Shown: positions 12,870 to 23,848 of the stretch, piece after piece
Layout of the letters: the number at the start of each line of letters is the position of its first letter
How positions within the stretch are numbered: the stretch's first letter is position 1
Assembly (NCBI GenBank): GCA_038087875.1
Contig: JAXLNO010000709.1
Coordinates: 124,001-188,000 of the forward strand
Length of the DNA: 64,000 bases
From: Malacoraja senta
Lineage: Eukaryota
Direction: 5' to 3'
Position numbers and translations under genes: made by a program
Notes under the pieces: model-generated
Seen by the model: only the letters and a program-made list of their open reading frames with translations
Databases searched by the model: none
Told to the model about the DNA's origin: nothing

Positions 12870-13425
12870 TCTCTCGCAACCATCCATGGACCCAAACAGC
12901 CCTTCCAGATGAGGCAGAGATTTACATGCTCCTCCTCTAACCTTTTCTATTATATTAGGTGCTCTCAATGTCGCCTCCTCTACATCGGTTTAGATGAAGC
13001 GCAGACTAAGTGACTGCTTTGTCGAACACCTGGGATCTTTCCACCGTGGACATATGGAATTCCTGGTTGCAAGCCATTTCAATTGTTCTCCCCATTCCTA
13101 TGTTGACCTGTCCATCCACTGTGAGGGTGAGGCAAAATGCAAACAAGGGGAACTACGCCCCATATTCTGCCTCGGTGAACTGCAACTGACGGTATGAACA
13201 TTGAATACTCTAATTTCAGATTATCTGCTTCCCTTGGTCCCTCTATGCATCTGAACTCTCTGGATTCTCCCACTCATATCCTTCTTTCCCATTAACATTC
13301 TACCGTCCTGTCTCATCCCCTCACGCTTTTATACCGACTATCTTCCATGCTCCTTCAGTCTAAAAGAATGGTCTTGCCTCATAAGGACGACTGTCCATTT
13401 CCCGGAATGGATGCTGCCTGACATG
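12870..13425 (+). mobile_element. Penelope-like element 3' relic: GIY-YIG endonuclease plus pLTR
   Basis: YYIRCSQCRLLYIG / KRRLSDCFVEHL...VASHFN / GMNIEYSNFR; pyrimidine-rich UTR; then a degenerate CAGTCT..AGAA.GGTC...GGATGCTGCCTGAC unit. Confidence 0.85.
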
Positions 13426-14184
13426 TAGAGCTTCATAAGTTCATGTGATAGGAGCAGAATTAGGCCATATGGCCCGTCAAGTCTACTCCGCCATTCAATC
13501 ATGCCTGATTTATCTTTCCCTCTCAACTCCATTCTCCTGCCTTCTCTCCATAACCCCTGACACCCGTACTAATCAAGAATCTGTCTATCTCTGTCTTAAA
13601 AATATATCTTAACGGCCTCCACAACCTTCTGTGGCAATGAATTCCCATGAGTTTCTCTAGCAATTTGCATTTTTGCATTTGATCATCTCTAACAAGGATA
13701 ATGGTTTAATATTTAGTCATAATTATCAAAATAGTTGATCTTTTAGTGTAGATGATGCTCTGGTTTTTAATATATTGTTTGAAAGGTTGGAGCTGTGAGA
13801 GTGAAGCACTGAACCAGGAATAGGCTTATGGGCCGAGCATCAAAAATGTGTCTTTGACTAATTTCAGATTATCTGTTTCCCTTGATCCCTCTATGCATCT
13901 GAACTCTCTGGATTCTCCCACTCATACCCACTCATTGACAAAAATGTGAAAGAAATCAACTTTCGTGACCCATGTCTCGGAACTACATGAAATTTTGCAC
14001 AGATTTAGATAAAATATAATTGAGAAGGAAGTCATAACTCGTCAGTGCCAAAAGTTGCACATTAATTAATTAAACTAATTAGAAAATGAGATCAAAAAAG
14101 TGAGCGCCATCTAGTGTCCAATGCCCATATTACACCATGGGGAGCCTATTTATGTGTTGCAGTCTCTTTAAACCATATATTATT

Positions 14185-14685
14185 ATAACCATATATAACC
14201 ATATAACCATATAACCATCACAGCACGGAAACAGGCCATCTCGGCCCTTCAAGTCCGTGCCGAACACTTTTTATTTTTTAAACTTTTTTTTAACTTCCCC
14301 CTAGTCCCATGTACCTGCACTCAGACCATAACCCTCCATTCCTTTCCCGTCCATATACCCATCCAATCTATTTTTAAAGGATAAAATCGAACCTGCCTCC
14401 ACCACTTCCACTGGAAGTTCATTCCACACAGCTACCACTCTCTGAGTAAAGAAGTTCCCCCTAATGTTACCCCTAAACTTCTGTCCCTTAATTCTCAAGT
14501 CATGTCCCCTTGTTTGAATCTTCCCCTACTCTCAATGGGAAAAGCTTATCCACGTCAACTCTGTCTAACCCGCTCATAATTTTAAAGACCTCTATCAAGT
14601 CCCCTCTTAACCTTCTGCGCTCCAAAGAATAAAGACCTAACTTGTTCAACCTTTCTCTGTAACTTAGTTGCTGAAACCCAAGCAA
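14185..14685 (-). mobile_element. CR1 LINE 3' fragment with (TATATGGT)n tail
   Basis: ORFs read SYRERLNKLGLYSLERRRLRGDLIEVFKI and FFTQRVVAVWNELP; near-identical to 34310-34757. Confidence 0.92.
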
Positions 14686-14692
14686 TATTATA

Positions 14693-14693
<1 letters not shown>

Positions 14694-14747
<54 letters not shown>

Positions 14748-14766
14748 TGTGTATATATATATATAT
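14694..14766. repeat. (TA)n microsatellite
   Basis: Direct observation. Confidence 0.95.
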
Positions 14767-15299
14767 GACGTGAATATGACTAATCATATATAATTATGTA
14801 TAATTATATTATATAAAAAATATATAATGAATATAATTGTGAGTTTTTTTTTAATGTGACTGCAGCAGAGGTCCGGCTCCTGAACCAGCCTAATTAATGG
14901 GTGAGTGCAGTTCCTGTGGGTTCCCCCGTTTACTGAACCCCACTGACTGCCAGTGTGCAGAGTGGGGGTCACGGCCATAGTGGGACTGGGGCAATGCCAG
15001 GCTGGGGAAGGCTAAGGCATCTTCCACTGACAGGAAAATGCCTAACCCTAACCCTAACTCGCCCCCTTTCCAGAGCTGCCCACGGCTGGAGCTGGAGCCG
15101 CTTTGGGACCGGCTGCGGGCTCCGTACATGTGGCCCCGCAGCGCGTCCACCTCGGCCAGCATGCCCTTCTGGTGGTGATGATGGTGGGGAGCAGCACTGC
15201 CCTGCACGCCGCCCAGGCCGCCTTCAGCACCCCCATAGCGCCGGCTCCATCAGCCCGCCGCTCGCTTGCTGCAACACCGGCCAGCCGACAGCCCGACCG

Positions 15300-15505
15300 A
15301 CCCCTCGCAGCACCCACCGGAGGCCCGGCCCGACCGACCGCTCTGACCACCCGCCGGAGGCCCGGCCCATCGCTTACCATCCGCTGGAGGCCCGACCCGA
15401 CGCTCACCACCCACCAGAGGCCCGGCCCGACCGACCGCTCTCAGCACCCACCGGAGGCCCGGCCCAACTCTCACCACCCACCGACGGCCTGACAGCCCGA
15501 CCGAT
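15300..15505 (+). repeat. GC-rich minisatellite, about 6 imperfect 30-40 bp units
   Basis: Repeated core ACCCACCGGAGGCCCGGCCC. Confidence 0.85.
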
Positions 15506-16177
15506 CCTCCACAGCATCCATCGGCCTACCGACAAGCCTAACTGACAGACTGACCGATTGACCGACAGACTGACTGACCCTAGTCCTAACCCTAGCTCTA
15601 CATTTGTATTTATCATTTTTATTTAACAGTTCACATCATAACTTTATAAAGATAAATCAATTGAAAAACAAAATGATCAGCAAGGTGAGCGTTACCTTTA
15701 TTCCTTGGAAACCTTGTTTTGTTTTGATGTAATGAGGAGGCAGCCATGATCCCAGGGTCATCGCTGCCTAGCGACCATAAAACAAAGCGCGGGGTTGGTC
15801 AATTTGCATCCGACCTCAATGTCAAACGTGCATTGATTGGGCAATTACTACTCAGAAAATTTGAGGTTTTTCTCATATTTCTTAAAAATGTGCAGGTTTT
15901 GGTCTTTGAGTTTCAGGTGTGATTTATATTATATTTTTACACAATATGTTAAAAATTCAGGTAGTTCCGTGAGTTGGGTCATGAACGTGAACGAAAAAGC
16001 TCCTCAGCCCACCGCCTAGAAGGGATTTTGTGGCCATTTCAAACTTAACACACAACTTACTGTCTGAGAAGCAAGAAGCTTAAATATTAAACCCCAGCTA
16101 ATACTCAAAGGTATTTACAGTATTCAACTCCTCAAAAGATGACCCAGTCCTTTATGCAACAGGTGTAACAAGCAGTG

Positions 16178-16345
16178 CGTAGGAAGGAACTGCAGATGCC
16201 GATTTACACTGAAGATAGACACAAAATGCTGGAGTAACTCAGCGGGACAGGCATCATCTCTGGAGAGAAGGAATGAGTGACATTTCGGGTCTGAAGAAGA
16301 GTCGAGACCTGAAACGTTACTCCATCATTTTGTGTCTACCTTCGA
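16178..16345. mobile_element. Hairpin pLTR-derived element
   Basis: Minus arm GTAGGAAGGAACTGCAGATG...GACATTTCGGGT, then plus arm CTGAAGAAGAGTCGAGACCTGAAACGTTAC...CATTTTGTGTCTA. Confidence 0.8.
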
Positions 16346-18096
16346 TGTAGCAAGCATTCAGACATGGCCTAATAAGTGCTAAGTAACCAGTCAGTGACCA
16401 TCTCTGGCAATATATTACCATTTCTTCATCATGTTTGTAAATGCTGAAATTCTTTGTTAGCTTTTACTTCATGAAAATCCGTGATAGGATCCGTGATTAA
16501 AAAAAAGCCAATAAGGCCTAGATTCCAAAAACTGAATTTAAAAAAATATTCAAAGTTTGTAAATTGGTGAATTTTGGTGGGATATGTGCTGCTACACAAG
16601 GAGATTATATTTTATAGTAAATGATGTCTTAAAATAGGTTTAGTATGCTTAAAGTTTTACAGCGTAGGAGTGATCATTATAATCTCTGAAGATACTAGAT
16701 TACACTCAATTCGTTTCTGGGAAAAAATAACAAATTAAGGAGTAAATTCATTCACAATCACAATCACAATAATACTTTATTAGCCAAGTATGTTTTGCAA
16801 CATACGAGGAATTTCATTTGCCAAGTCAGTCATACAAATAACAGAACACACAAAACACATTTTAACATAAACAACCACCACAGAGACTCCACATTCCTCA
16901 CTGTGATGGAAGGCGGAAAGAAAAGTTCAATCCCAAGGATAAAACCAGTAACAGCAGTTTAAAAAATTATATTTGGTATGGTTTAATTATTATAGTGTAC
17001 GGTTCCAACATCGCACATTCATCAATGATCATTCCATTGTGTGAAAGTAATGTTAGATTACTTCTGGACATCAAATATAACAATAGATTTAATTAACCAT
17101 GAATATGGTTTCCCCCCTCATCGGAATTTAATTTGGTAAAATCACCTATTCATAAAGTGCACTTCTTTTATATTGCTTCAAAATTGACAGGCTCATTCAT
17201 ATTTGTCAAAGCTGATGATACTCTATCTATCAACTAGTTGCAAGAAAAATAAACAGAAGATTGTAATCTTTTGCTTCAAATTTGACAATTTATATGTTTG
17301 AGCAGCTATTAAAGAAGTTAATATTTATAGCTTCACCGATACCCGACTTAGCGTTACACTGCAGGGTGCTGATTTGTTATAGTGCCCTTGGTCCTCCGAA
17401 CTTGAAAACTCACAGGTATGTACCCGTCTGTATATTAAAAACAACGTCTGGTCTGGGCTGCATGCTGAGCATTGCTGTGCCAGGAACCAGCTGCGAATCA
17501 CTGCTATCAACTGGTACTCCCAAAGCAATAAATCGTCCCTAGCCTGGTGTGGAGTGGCTGCCCGTGAAGGCCCATATTAATTTATTGCTGCTAGGGCACC
17601 AGCAGACAGCAGGGATTCACGCCAGGTTCTCAGTGCAGCAGAACTCAGCATGGGAGAGACAGAGGTAGGTGGCTGCTGCTCAACACTGAGACGTGGGGCA
17701 GGGAGGGTGAGTGTGGGCCATTGCTGGGGACTGGCTCTTGCTCTGTGCATAGACAGACCACCCAAGCCCTCTGATCTCTCTCAACACCACCTGTTGGATG
17801 TGCTGGCAATTGCTGTCTTTCTCTTTCATTGTTTGGCTGCACGGATCTTCCGAGCCCAGCGCTATCTTCATGATCGCAAGCGCAACACCAACTACAACTG
17901 GCTTTCAGTGCCGATTCTGGTTCTTGGGAGCATATTCTGAGTATCCATCTATTTCAATTGTATGTTATTGCAAATGTCATCTGTTTAAAAAAAAAGGAAA
18001 TTAAAGTGATGAGAAACATATGTTTTGTCATTATTTATTACACACCATGATGATGCTTCCCAACATTATACAGTAAAATTCAATAGATCTGCAATT

Positions 18097-18395
18097 ATTA
18101 GTTTAGCTTAGTTTGGAGATAGAGCGTGGAAGCAGGCCCTTCAGCCCACCAAGTGTGCGCCGACCAGCGATCCCCATACACTAGTACTATCCTACACACT
18201 AGGGACAATTTACAATCTTTACCAAAGCCAAATAACTTACAATCCTGTGCGTCTTTGGAATGGGGGAGGAAGCCGGAGCACCCGGATAAAACCCAACGGA
18301 AGAATATACAAGCCCCATGCAGACAACACCCATAGTCAGAATCAAACCCGGGTCTCTGGCGCTGTAAGGCAGCAACTCTACCACTGCTCCACCAA
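18097..18395 (-). mobile_element. HE1/V-SINE-like SINE
   Basis: Reverse complement of the SINE consensus seen elsewhere; TTTAG-type tail at the left end. Confidence 0.88.
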
Positions 18396-18559
18396 GCCTC
18401 TAAACATACTGCAACTGATAATATGAAAGTCGATTAGTCAATCAAATTAATTTGGGGCCATCTCAGACCAGTTTCCAGTGAACAAAGATTATTTCATTCC
18501 CTTCTGATTAACAGTAATTATCAATCCCATTCATTTGGGCACAACATTTAAAAATGCCT

Positions 18560-18672
18560 GGGTGACGTTTCATGTCAGCACCATTCTTCAGACTGAAGAA
18601 GGATCTCAGTCACCTATTCCTTCTATCCAGAGATGCTGCCTGTCCCGCTGAGTACTCCAGCATTTTGTGTCA
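18560..18672. mobile_element. Degenerate pLTR-derived hairpin element
   Basis: GGTGACGTTT...TTCTTCAGACTGAAGAAGG...GATGCTGCCTGTCCCGCTGAG. Confidence 0.7.
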
Positions 18673-19099
18673 ACTACTCAAGCATGCTCTGCCATTCAAT
18701 CGGATCACAGTTGATCCAACCTTCACCTCAGTGTCATTGTTTTAAACTTTCTTCCCATATCTTGTTAGATAGCTGCTATGGTGGATTGCAGCTTATTTTA
18801 TGATTAATATTGTATTAGTGTCGTGAGTTTTTAATGTAATTCAAGGCATAGGGAAAATAAATATAGTAAAGAATAACAGTGAGTAAGTTAAGAGGAACTT
18901 CTAAATCAACAGACCATTCTAAAATTATAAGATTAGAATGAGACAGTAGAAAGTGACAATCAGATAATTGGTTACAGTTGTATTGAACAAAACTAAATAG
19001 AAATGAGTCCTTAAAAGATGTTAATAGCTAAACCTGTTGATACATGATTTGGTCATGCACATAGGGAATGTATTTTTGTGCTGTAAGCGGTGTTTCAGA

Positions 19100-19395
19100 C
19101 GGCACTGTGGCGCAGCGGTAGAGTTGCTGCCTTGCAGCGAATGCAGCGCCGGAGACCTGGGTTTGATCCCGACTACGGATGCTGTCTGTACGGAGTTTAT
19201 ACATTCTTCCCTTGACCTGCGTGGGTTTTCTCCAAGATCTTTGGTTTCCTCCCACACTCCAAAGACGTACAGGTTTGTAGGTTAATTGTCTTGGTAAATG
19301 TAAAAATTGTCCCTAGTATTAAAATGCGAGGATCGCTGGTCGCGCGGACCCGGTGGGCCGAAGGGCCTGTTTCCGTGCTGTATCTCTAAACTAAT
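19100..19395 (+). mobile_element. HE1/V-SINE-like SINE
   Basis: GGCAC.GTGGCGCAGCGGTAGAG (A box), GGGTTTGATCCC (B box), central core, tail GGGCCGAAGGGCCTGTTTCC..GCTGTATCTCTAAACTAA. Confidence 0.9.
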
Positions 19396-19687
19396 CTATG
19401 AATGTTTTTTAATTGGAATTAACATTTTTTGGACCAAAGGGAAAATCAACTGGAGATCCCTTTCCAGATCATTACCTAGGAGGTTAAAATCAAAGATAAC
19501 AGCAGATGCTGGATATCTAAAACGAAATAAAATGCCAGAACCGCAGAAATAGTAATAGAGTTTATATTTTGGGTCAACCTGAAATATTAATTCTGTTTCT
19601 CTTCCCACAGATGTGCTGATCTATTAATTTTTCCAGCATTCTCTGTTTTTACAGTAAGCATTTGGCAGAAAATACGTTGAAACGATT

Positions 19688-19795
19688 TGTAGGAAGGAAC
19701 TGCAGATGCTGGTTAACCGAAACGCCACCTATTCCTTTTCTCCAGAGATGCTGCCTGAACCGCTGAGTTACTCCAGCATTTTGTGTCTATCTTCC
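19688..19795. mobile_element. Short pLTR-derived element with internal inversion
   Basis: TGTAGGAAGGAACTGCAGATGCTGGTT fused to CCGAAACGCCACCTATTCC...CATTTTGTGTCTATC; flanked by GTTGAAAC(G/A)ATT on both sides. Confidence 0.75.
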
Positions 19796-19885
19796 ATGTT
19801 GAAACAATTATTGGGTTAGAGCACAATAGAACCAAGATATTTCCACGTCCACCCGTAACCACACCCTCCCAGTCAATTCTCTGCA

Positions 19886-20166
19886 CTGGTAGAGTGTTGC
19901 CTTACAGTGCCAGAGACCCGGGTTCGATCCTGACTATGGGTGCTGTCTGTGCGGGGTTTGTACGTTCTCCCTGTGACTGTGTGGGTTTTCTCCGGGTGTT
20001 CCGGTTTCCTTCCACATTCCAAAGATGTACAGGTTTGTAGGTTAATTGGCTTTGGTAAAAATGGTAAATTGTCCCTAGTGTGTAGGATAGGCCTAGTGTA
20101 CGCAGATTGCTGCTCAGCATGGACGGTGCGCCATTGGGCTGTTTCCATGCTGTATCTCTAAACTAA
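19886..20166 (+). mobile_element. HE1/V-SINE-like SINE
   Basis: Same consensus; GGGTTCGATCC B box at about 19920. Confidence 0.88.
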
Positions 20167-20554
20167 GATAGATTCTTTGGGGACAGTTAAATGAGAATGT
20201 GATCTGATACACAAGCTCCTGTGCTGCGTAGGTAGAAAAAAAAAGTTCTGTATTAGAGATAGAGCTTTGCATATTTTAATGTTTTTCTTGTTTGTCTTTG
20301 AGGGTTGAAGAACATTTGTTTAGCATCTGCACCCTATTAAAAATACTGAAGATCAGTAATGGTATCGTAGATGGAGCATCATCTGAGGAAAGAATGGTCT
20401 ATCCTTTAATGCTGATTTGTAAACATTTTAATTATTGTGCGCAATTCATTTGTTTTTCTGATTTGCCAGTATGGTTACAGGGATGAGGAATATTAAGTAT
20501 GTTTTTTGTGGAGAGGCAGTGGTTCCTTTCCTTGGATCAAAGAAGGTTGACAGG

Positions 20555-20800
20555 GCATAGATACAATAGGCTGGAGTAACTCTGGGCCAGGTAGCATCTC
20601 TGGAGAAAAGGAATAGGTAATGTTTCGGGTCGAGACCCTTCCTCAGACTGATGTTATCTCAGACTGATGTCTGAAGAAGGGTCTTGACCCCAAACGTCAC
20701 CTATTCCTTTTCTCCAGAGATGCTGCCGCACCAGCTGAGTTACTCCATCTTCTTGTGCCGATCTTTGGTGTTAACCAGAATCCTCAGTTCCCTCCTACGC
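20555..20800. mobile_element. Hairpin pLTR-derived element with 12-bp TSD
   Basis: AAGGTTGACAGG at 20543-20554 and 20801-20812; inverted arms meet at about 20645-20670. Confidence 0.88.
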
Positions 20801-21369
20801 AAGGTTGACAGGATGTTTAGTAGAGGTTTGCATGATTGTGATTGGTTCAGCTGAGAGGCTATTCTCATCAGCAGATGGTTTAAGAAACGAGACCACATAC
20901 CATTTTAAGTTAAATGTTTTGAGGAAAGACATGTTTTACACAGAATGGTTGGGATCTGGAATCACTTCCTGTTAGCATGTGGAAACAAAATTAATCGGTG
21001 CCTACAGAAGAAAATTGAAACAGGTGTTTGAGAGTGATTAAATTGCAGAACTAGATGGATGGATAGCATAGCTGTACCAGAACAAGCATAGAACTCGATG
21101 GGCAGATTGACTACCTCCTCAGCTGTAACAACTTCATGATTCTGTAATTCTTAATGCATTGTTAATTGGAATGCTATTTTGTGCATCAACGTATAAAGTT
21201 TCATAATGTTATTACAGAGATTAAAAATGTCCATTGGGGCATGGATCCATTGGCCTTGGTCAATACGTTTGACTAATTCTAATTACCATTATTTTCACTT
21301 GAATGACTTAGGAATATATTTTTGGAAGCTGCCCAGATTTCTTAATTGTAGTTACAGAAACTATATTTA

Positions 21370-21572
21370 TAGTCCCCGGTTCCCCATTATCAACAACAAT
21401 CTCTCAATTGCAGTTCTAAAGTGGATTATCTAGCTATAATCACATTGCAATTAGTAAGAGTTTGGCTGTCACATTTTGTATAACTGAAAAAACACTTCCA
21501 AAGAATTACATCGGCTATATAATGCTAAATTATTATGAATGATATATGAAAAGTGCTACATAAAGGCAAGCC
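21370..21572 (+). repeat. Ancient SacSINE1/DeuSINE-like remnant; weaker relatives at about 11290-11390 and 52680-52730 on the minus strand
   Basis: CACATTGC...CACTTCCAAAGAATTACATCGGCTAT...TGAAAAGTGCTACATAAAGGCAAG resembles the L2-derived tail of shark DeuSINEs; recognised from memory only. Confidence 0.4.
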
Positions 21573-22893
21573 TGGTTTTGTGCATGTACAAATAATAGTT
21601 GATATGAATATAGACATTAAATGGGGAGTGAAAAGAAAGCCTCACTGGATACAAGTTCAGTGATCTACTATTTAATTAAAATGCCTCATAATAACATATT
21701 TACCACAATTATAGAATATGTATTGCAGGCTCTGTTTTCGTTGATGACATTAACCATTAAAGTTAATCTTTATTTTTTTAACAGTTCCCATTTCTTATTA
21801 TAAAACAATATTCATGTTAATTATTAAAGTACGTAATAAAGTGCTTCATAGCCCTCAAGTCTTTGATAAATGAAAGCTAGTACATTAATCTGGGAAACAG
21901 TACCTAGATTAAAATACACACTTAAGCTATATGGAAAAAATGCTTTTATTTATTTTCCTGATATTGTTACTGTACATTAGCTCCATGGTTTCCTTTGCGG
22001 GCAGTTCTCATGAACCAGTGTAAGCAATGCTTTCGAAGTTGTGCTAAGTATCTTGGATAATGTTGGTGTTATTCCCATAAGAGACGCTGAAGAGTAATCC
22101 ATTGGTAACAATGTGTTTGATAAGAGCATGCTGTTGATATAGTTTAGTTTTCTTTGACATGGCCCAAAGTGGAGTCTTGTGTAAGAGCTCAGTGTCCATG
22201 AGATCTCAAGAGTCAAGTCAGGAAATACGAAAAAGGGTCTCGACCCGAAACGTCGCCTGTTCCTTTCCTCCAGGCTGCCTGGCCCACTGAGACGCTCCAG
22301 CATTTTATGTCTATCTTTGGTGATGGTTGAGAATTAGCTTTAATATTGGAAGCCTGTAGCCAGTGGTGTACCGCAGCAATTGTTGTTGGGACTCATGTGA
22401 TTTGTTTCTTCATATTAATAATATGGATGCATCATAGAAGATATGATTTGTAGGTTTACACATGACATGAACATTGATAGTGTTAATAATGAGTAGGTGG
22501 CTACAGAATAATACTGATCTGTTGCTAAGGCGTGCAGAATTGTGGCAGATAAAATGGAATTTTGTTGACTGAAATGCTGCATTTTGGGAGGTCTAATAAG
22601 ACTGGTACATACACCATGAATCGTCGAGCCTTCGGGAGTATTGTGGATCACAGGGACCTCGGAATACAAGGCCAAGAGTCCTTAAAGATGGCAACATCGA
22701 AACATTAGGTTGTTTGGTGTGTGTACAGCATATTTACCTCCATTAGATGGAGTATGGAATATGAGAACATGGAAATACTGATGTACGAATATAACACATT
22801 GGTTAGGCTATTAGTGTACTGTGTGTACTTCTGGTCTCCACACCATAGGTAGGGCATGCACTGGAGAGGGTGCAGAGGATATTCATCAGTATA

Positions 22894-23196
22894 GGAAGGA
22901 ATTCTATACTATGCATCAGTATAGTATAGGATTCTATGGCTATTGGAATCAAGGGATATGGGGAGAAGGCAGGCACGGGTTATTGATTGGGGACGATCAG
23001 CCATGATCACAATGAATGGCGGTGCTGGCTCGAAGGGCCGAATGGCATCCTCCTGCACCTATTTTCTATGTTTCTATGTAACTGCTGATGCTGGTTTACA
23101 CCGATGACACTTAAGGGTCTCGACCCGAAACTTCACCCATTCCTTCTCTCCAGAGATGCTGCCTGTCCCGCTGAGTTACTCCAGCATTTTGTGTCT
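22894..23196. mobile_element. pLTR-derived element with 15-bp TSD, itself interrupted by a CR1 tail (about 22947-23078)
   Basis: ATATTCATCAGTATA at 22879-22893 and 23197-23211; GGAAGGAA...[insert]...AACTGCTGATGCTGGTTTACACCG. Confidence 0.75.
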
Positions 23197-23239
23197 ATAT
23201 TCATCAGTATATTACCTCAGTATATGATCAGTATATTAT

Positions 23240-23848
23240 CCTCAACGAGACCTGCAGGATAGTGACTGGGTGCATCAAAACAACCCCCGTACACTGCCTT
23301 TATGTCCTCTCTGGTATCGCTCCCCCTGACATCCGCAGTGCAGTCATCACAAAAGCCGAGCGCACAAAGCAGGCCAATGACAACCGTCACTCACTCCATG
23401 AGCACTCTGCTGCCCAGAAACGGCTCAGTTCCAGGAGCAGTTTCCTGGACACCACTGAAGTACTGGAGACCACCCCAACTGATGCCAGGATTACTGAATG
23501 GCAGAACCAGTGGAACAGCCTTGGCAGCCAGACAACCCAATGGATGGAGAGAGGCATCACCCCAGACGAATGCCTCGCTACCGGCCATGAGCCACTTTGG
23601 GCTGTCTGGAAAACACTGAACCGCCTGCGGGTCGGCGAAGGATGCTGCAAGGTGTCCATGAAGAAATGGAAAATAACAACTTCCGATGCATGTGTGTGTG
23701 GCAAATCCCAAACCATGGAACACATCATGAGATGTAGCCAAGCTCCACAATGTACCGAAGATGACCTGGCCGAACCAAATGCCGCTGCGCTCGCCTGCAC
23801 CAACCACTGGAAAGATGTGATATAGAAGGTGGCCGGACACGAGGAAGA
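23240..23848 (+). mobile_element. 5'-truncated Vingi/Ingi-like (I-group) LINE with intact C-terminal reading frame
   Basis: LNETCRIVTGCIKTTPVHCLYVLSGIAPPDIR...WKTLNRLRVG...CVCGKSQTMEHIMRC (CCHC zinc knuckle)...* at 23825. Very short 3'UTR ending GAAGAAG; 12-bp TSD AGTATATTACCT at 23206-23217 and 23849-23860. Confidence 0.75.

Larger units (their letters stand above)
13821..16018. mobile_element. Non-autonomous TIR DNA transposon, Academ-like (TAG termini, 3-bp GAA TSD), with nested inserts
   Basis: GAA|TAGGCTTATGGGCCGAG ... CTCAGCCCACCGCCTA|GAA. Sub-terminal imperfect inverted repeat: TGACCCATGTCTCGGAACTACATGAAATTTT (about 13966) versus AAAATTCAGGTAGTTCCGTGAGTTGGGTCA (about 15952). Confidence 0.65.

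Noticed and set aside
15300..15505. CRISPR-like repeat-spacer pattern
   Set aside because: Units are degenerate tandem repeats without unique spacers, there are no cas genes, and the context is eukaryotic.
14890..15616. Cluster of overlapping 70-196 aa ORFs
   Set aside because: Stop-poor GC-rich minisatellite; Pro/Arg/Ala low-complexity products in several frames; no domain or splice support.
19100..19175. tRNA genes at SINE heads
   Set aside because: A and B boxes are present but run directly into the SINE core and LINE-like tail; these are tRNA-derived SINE heads.
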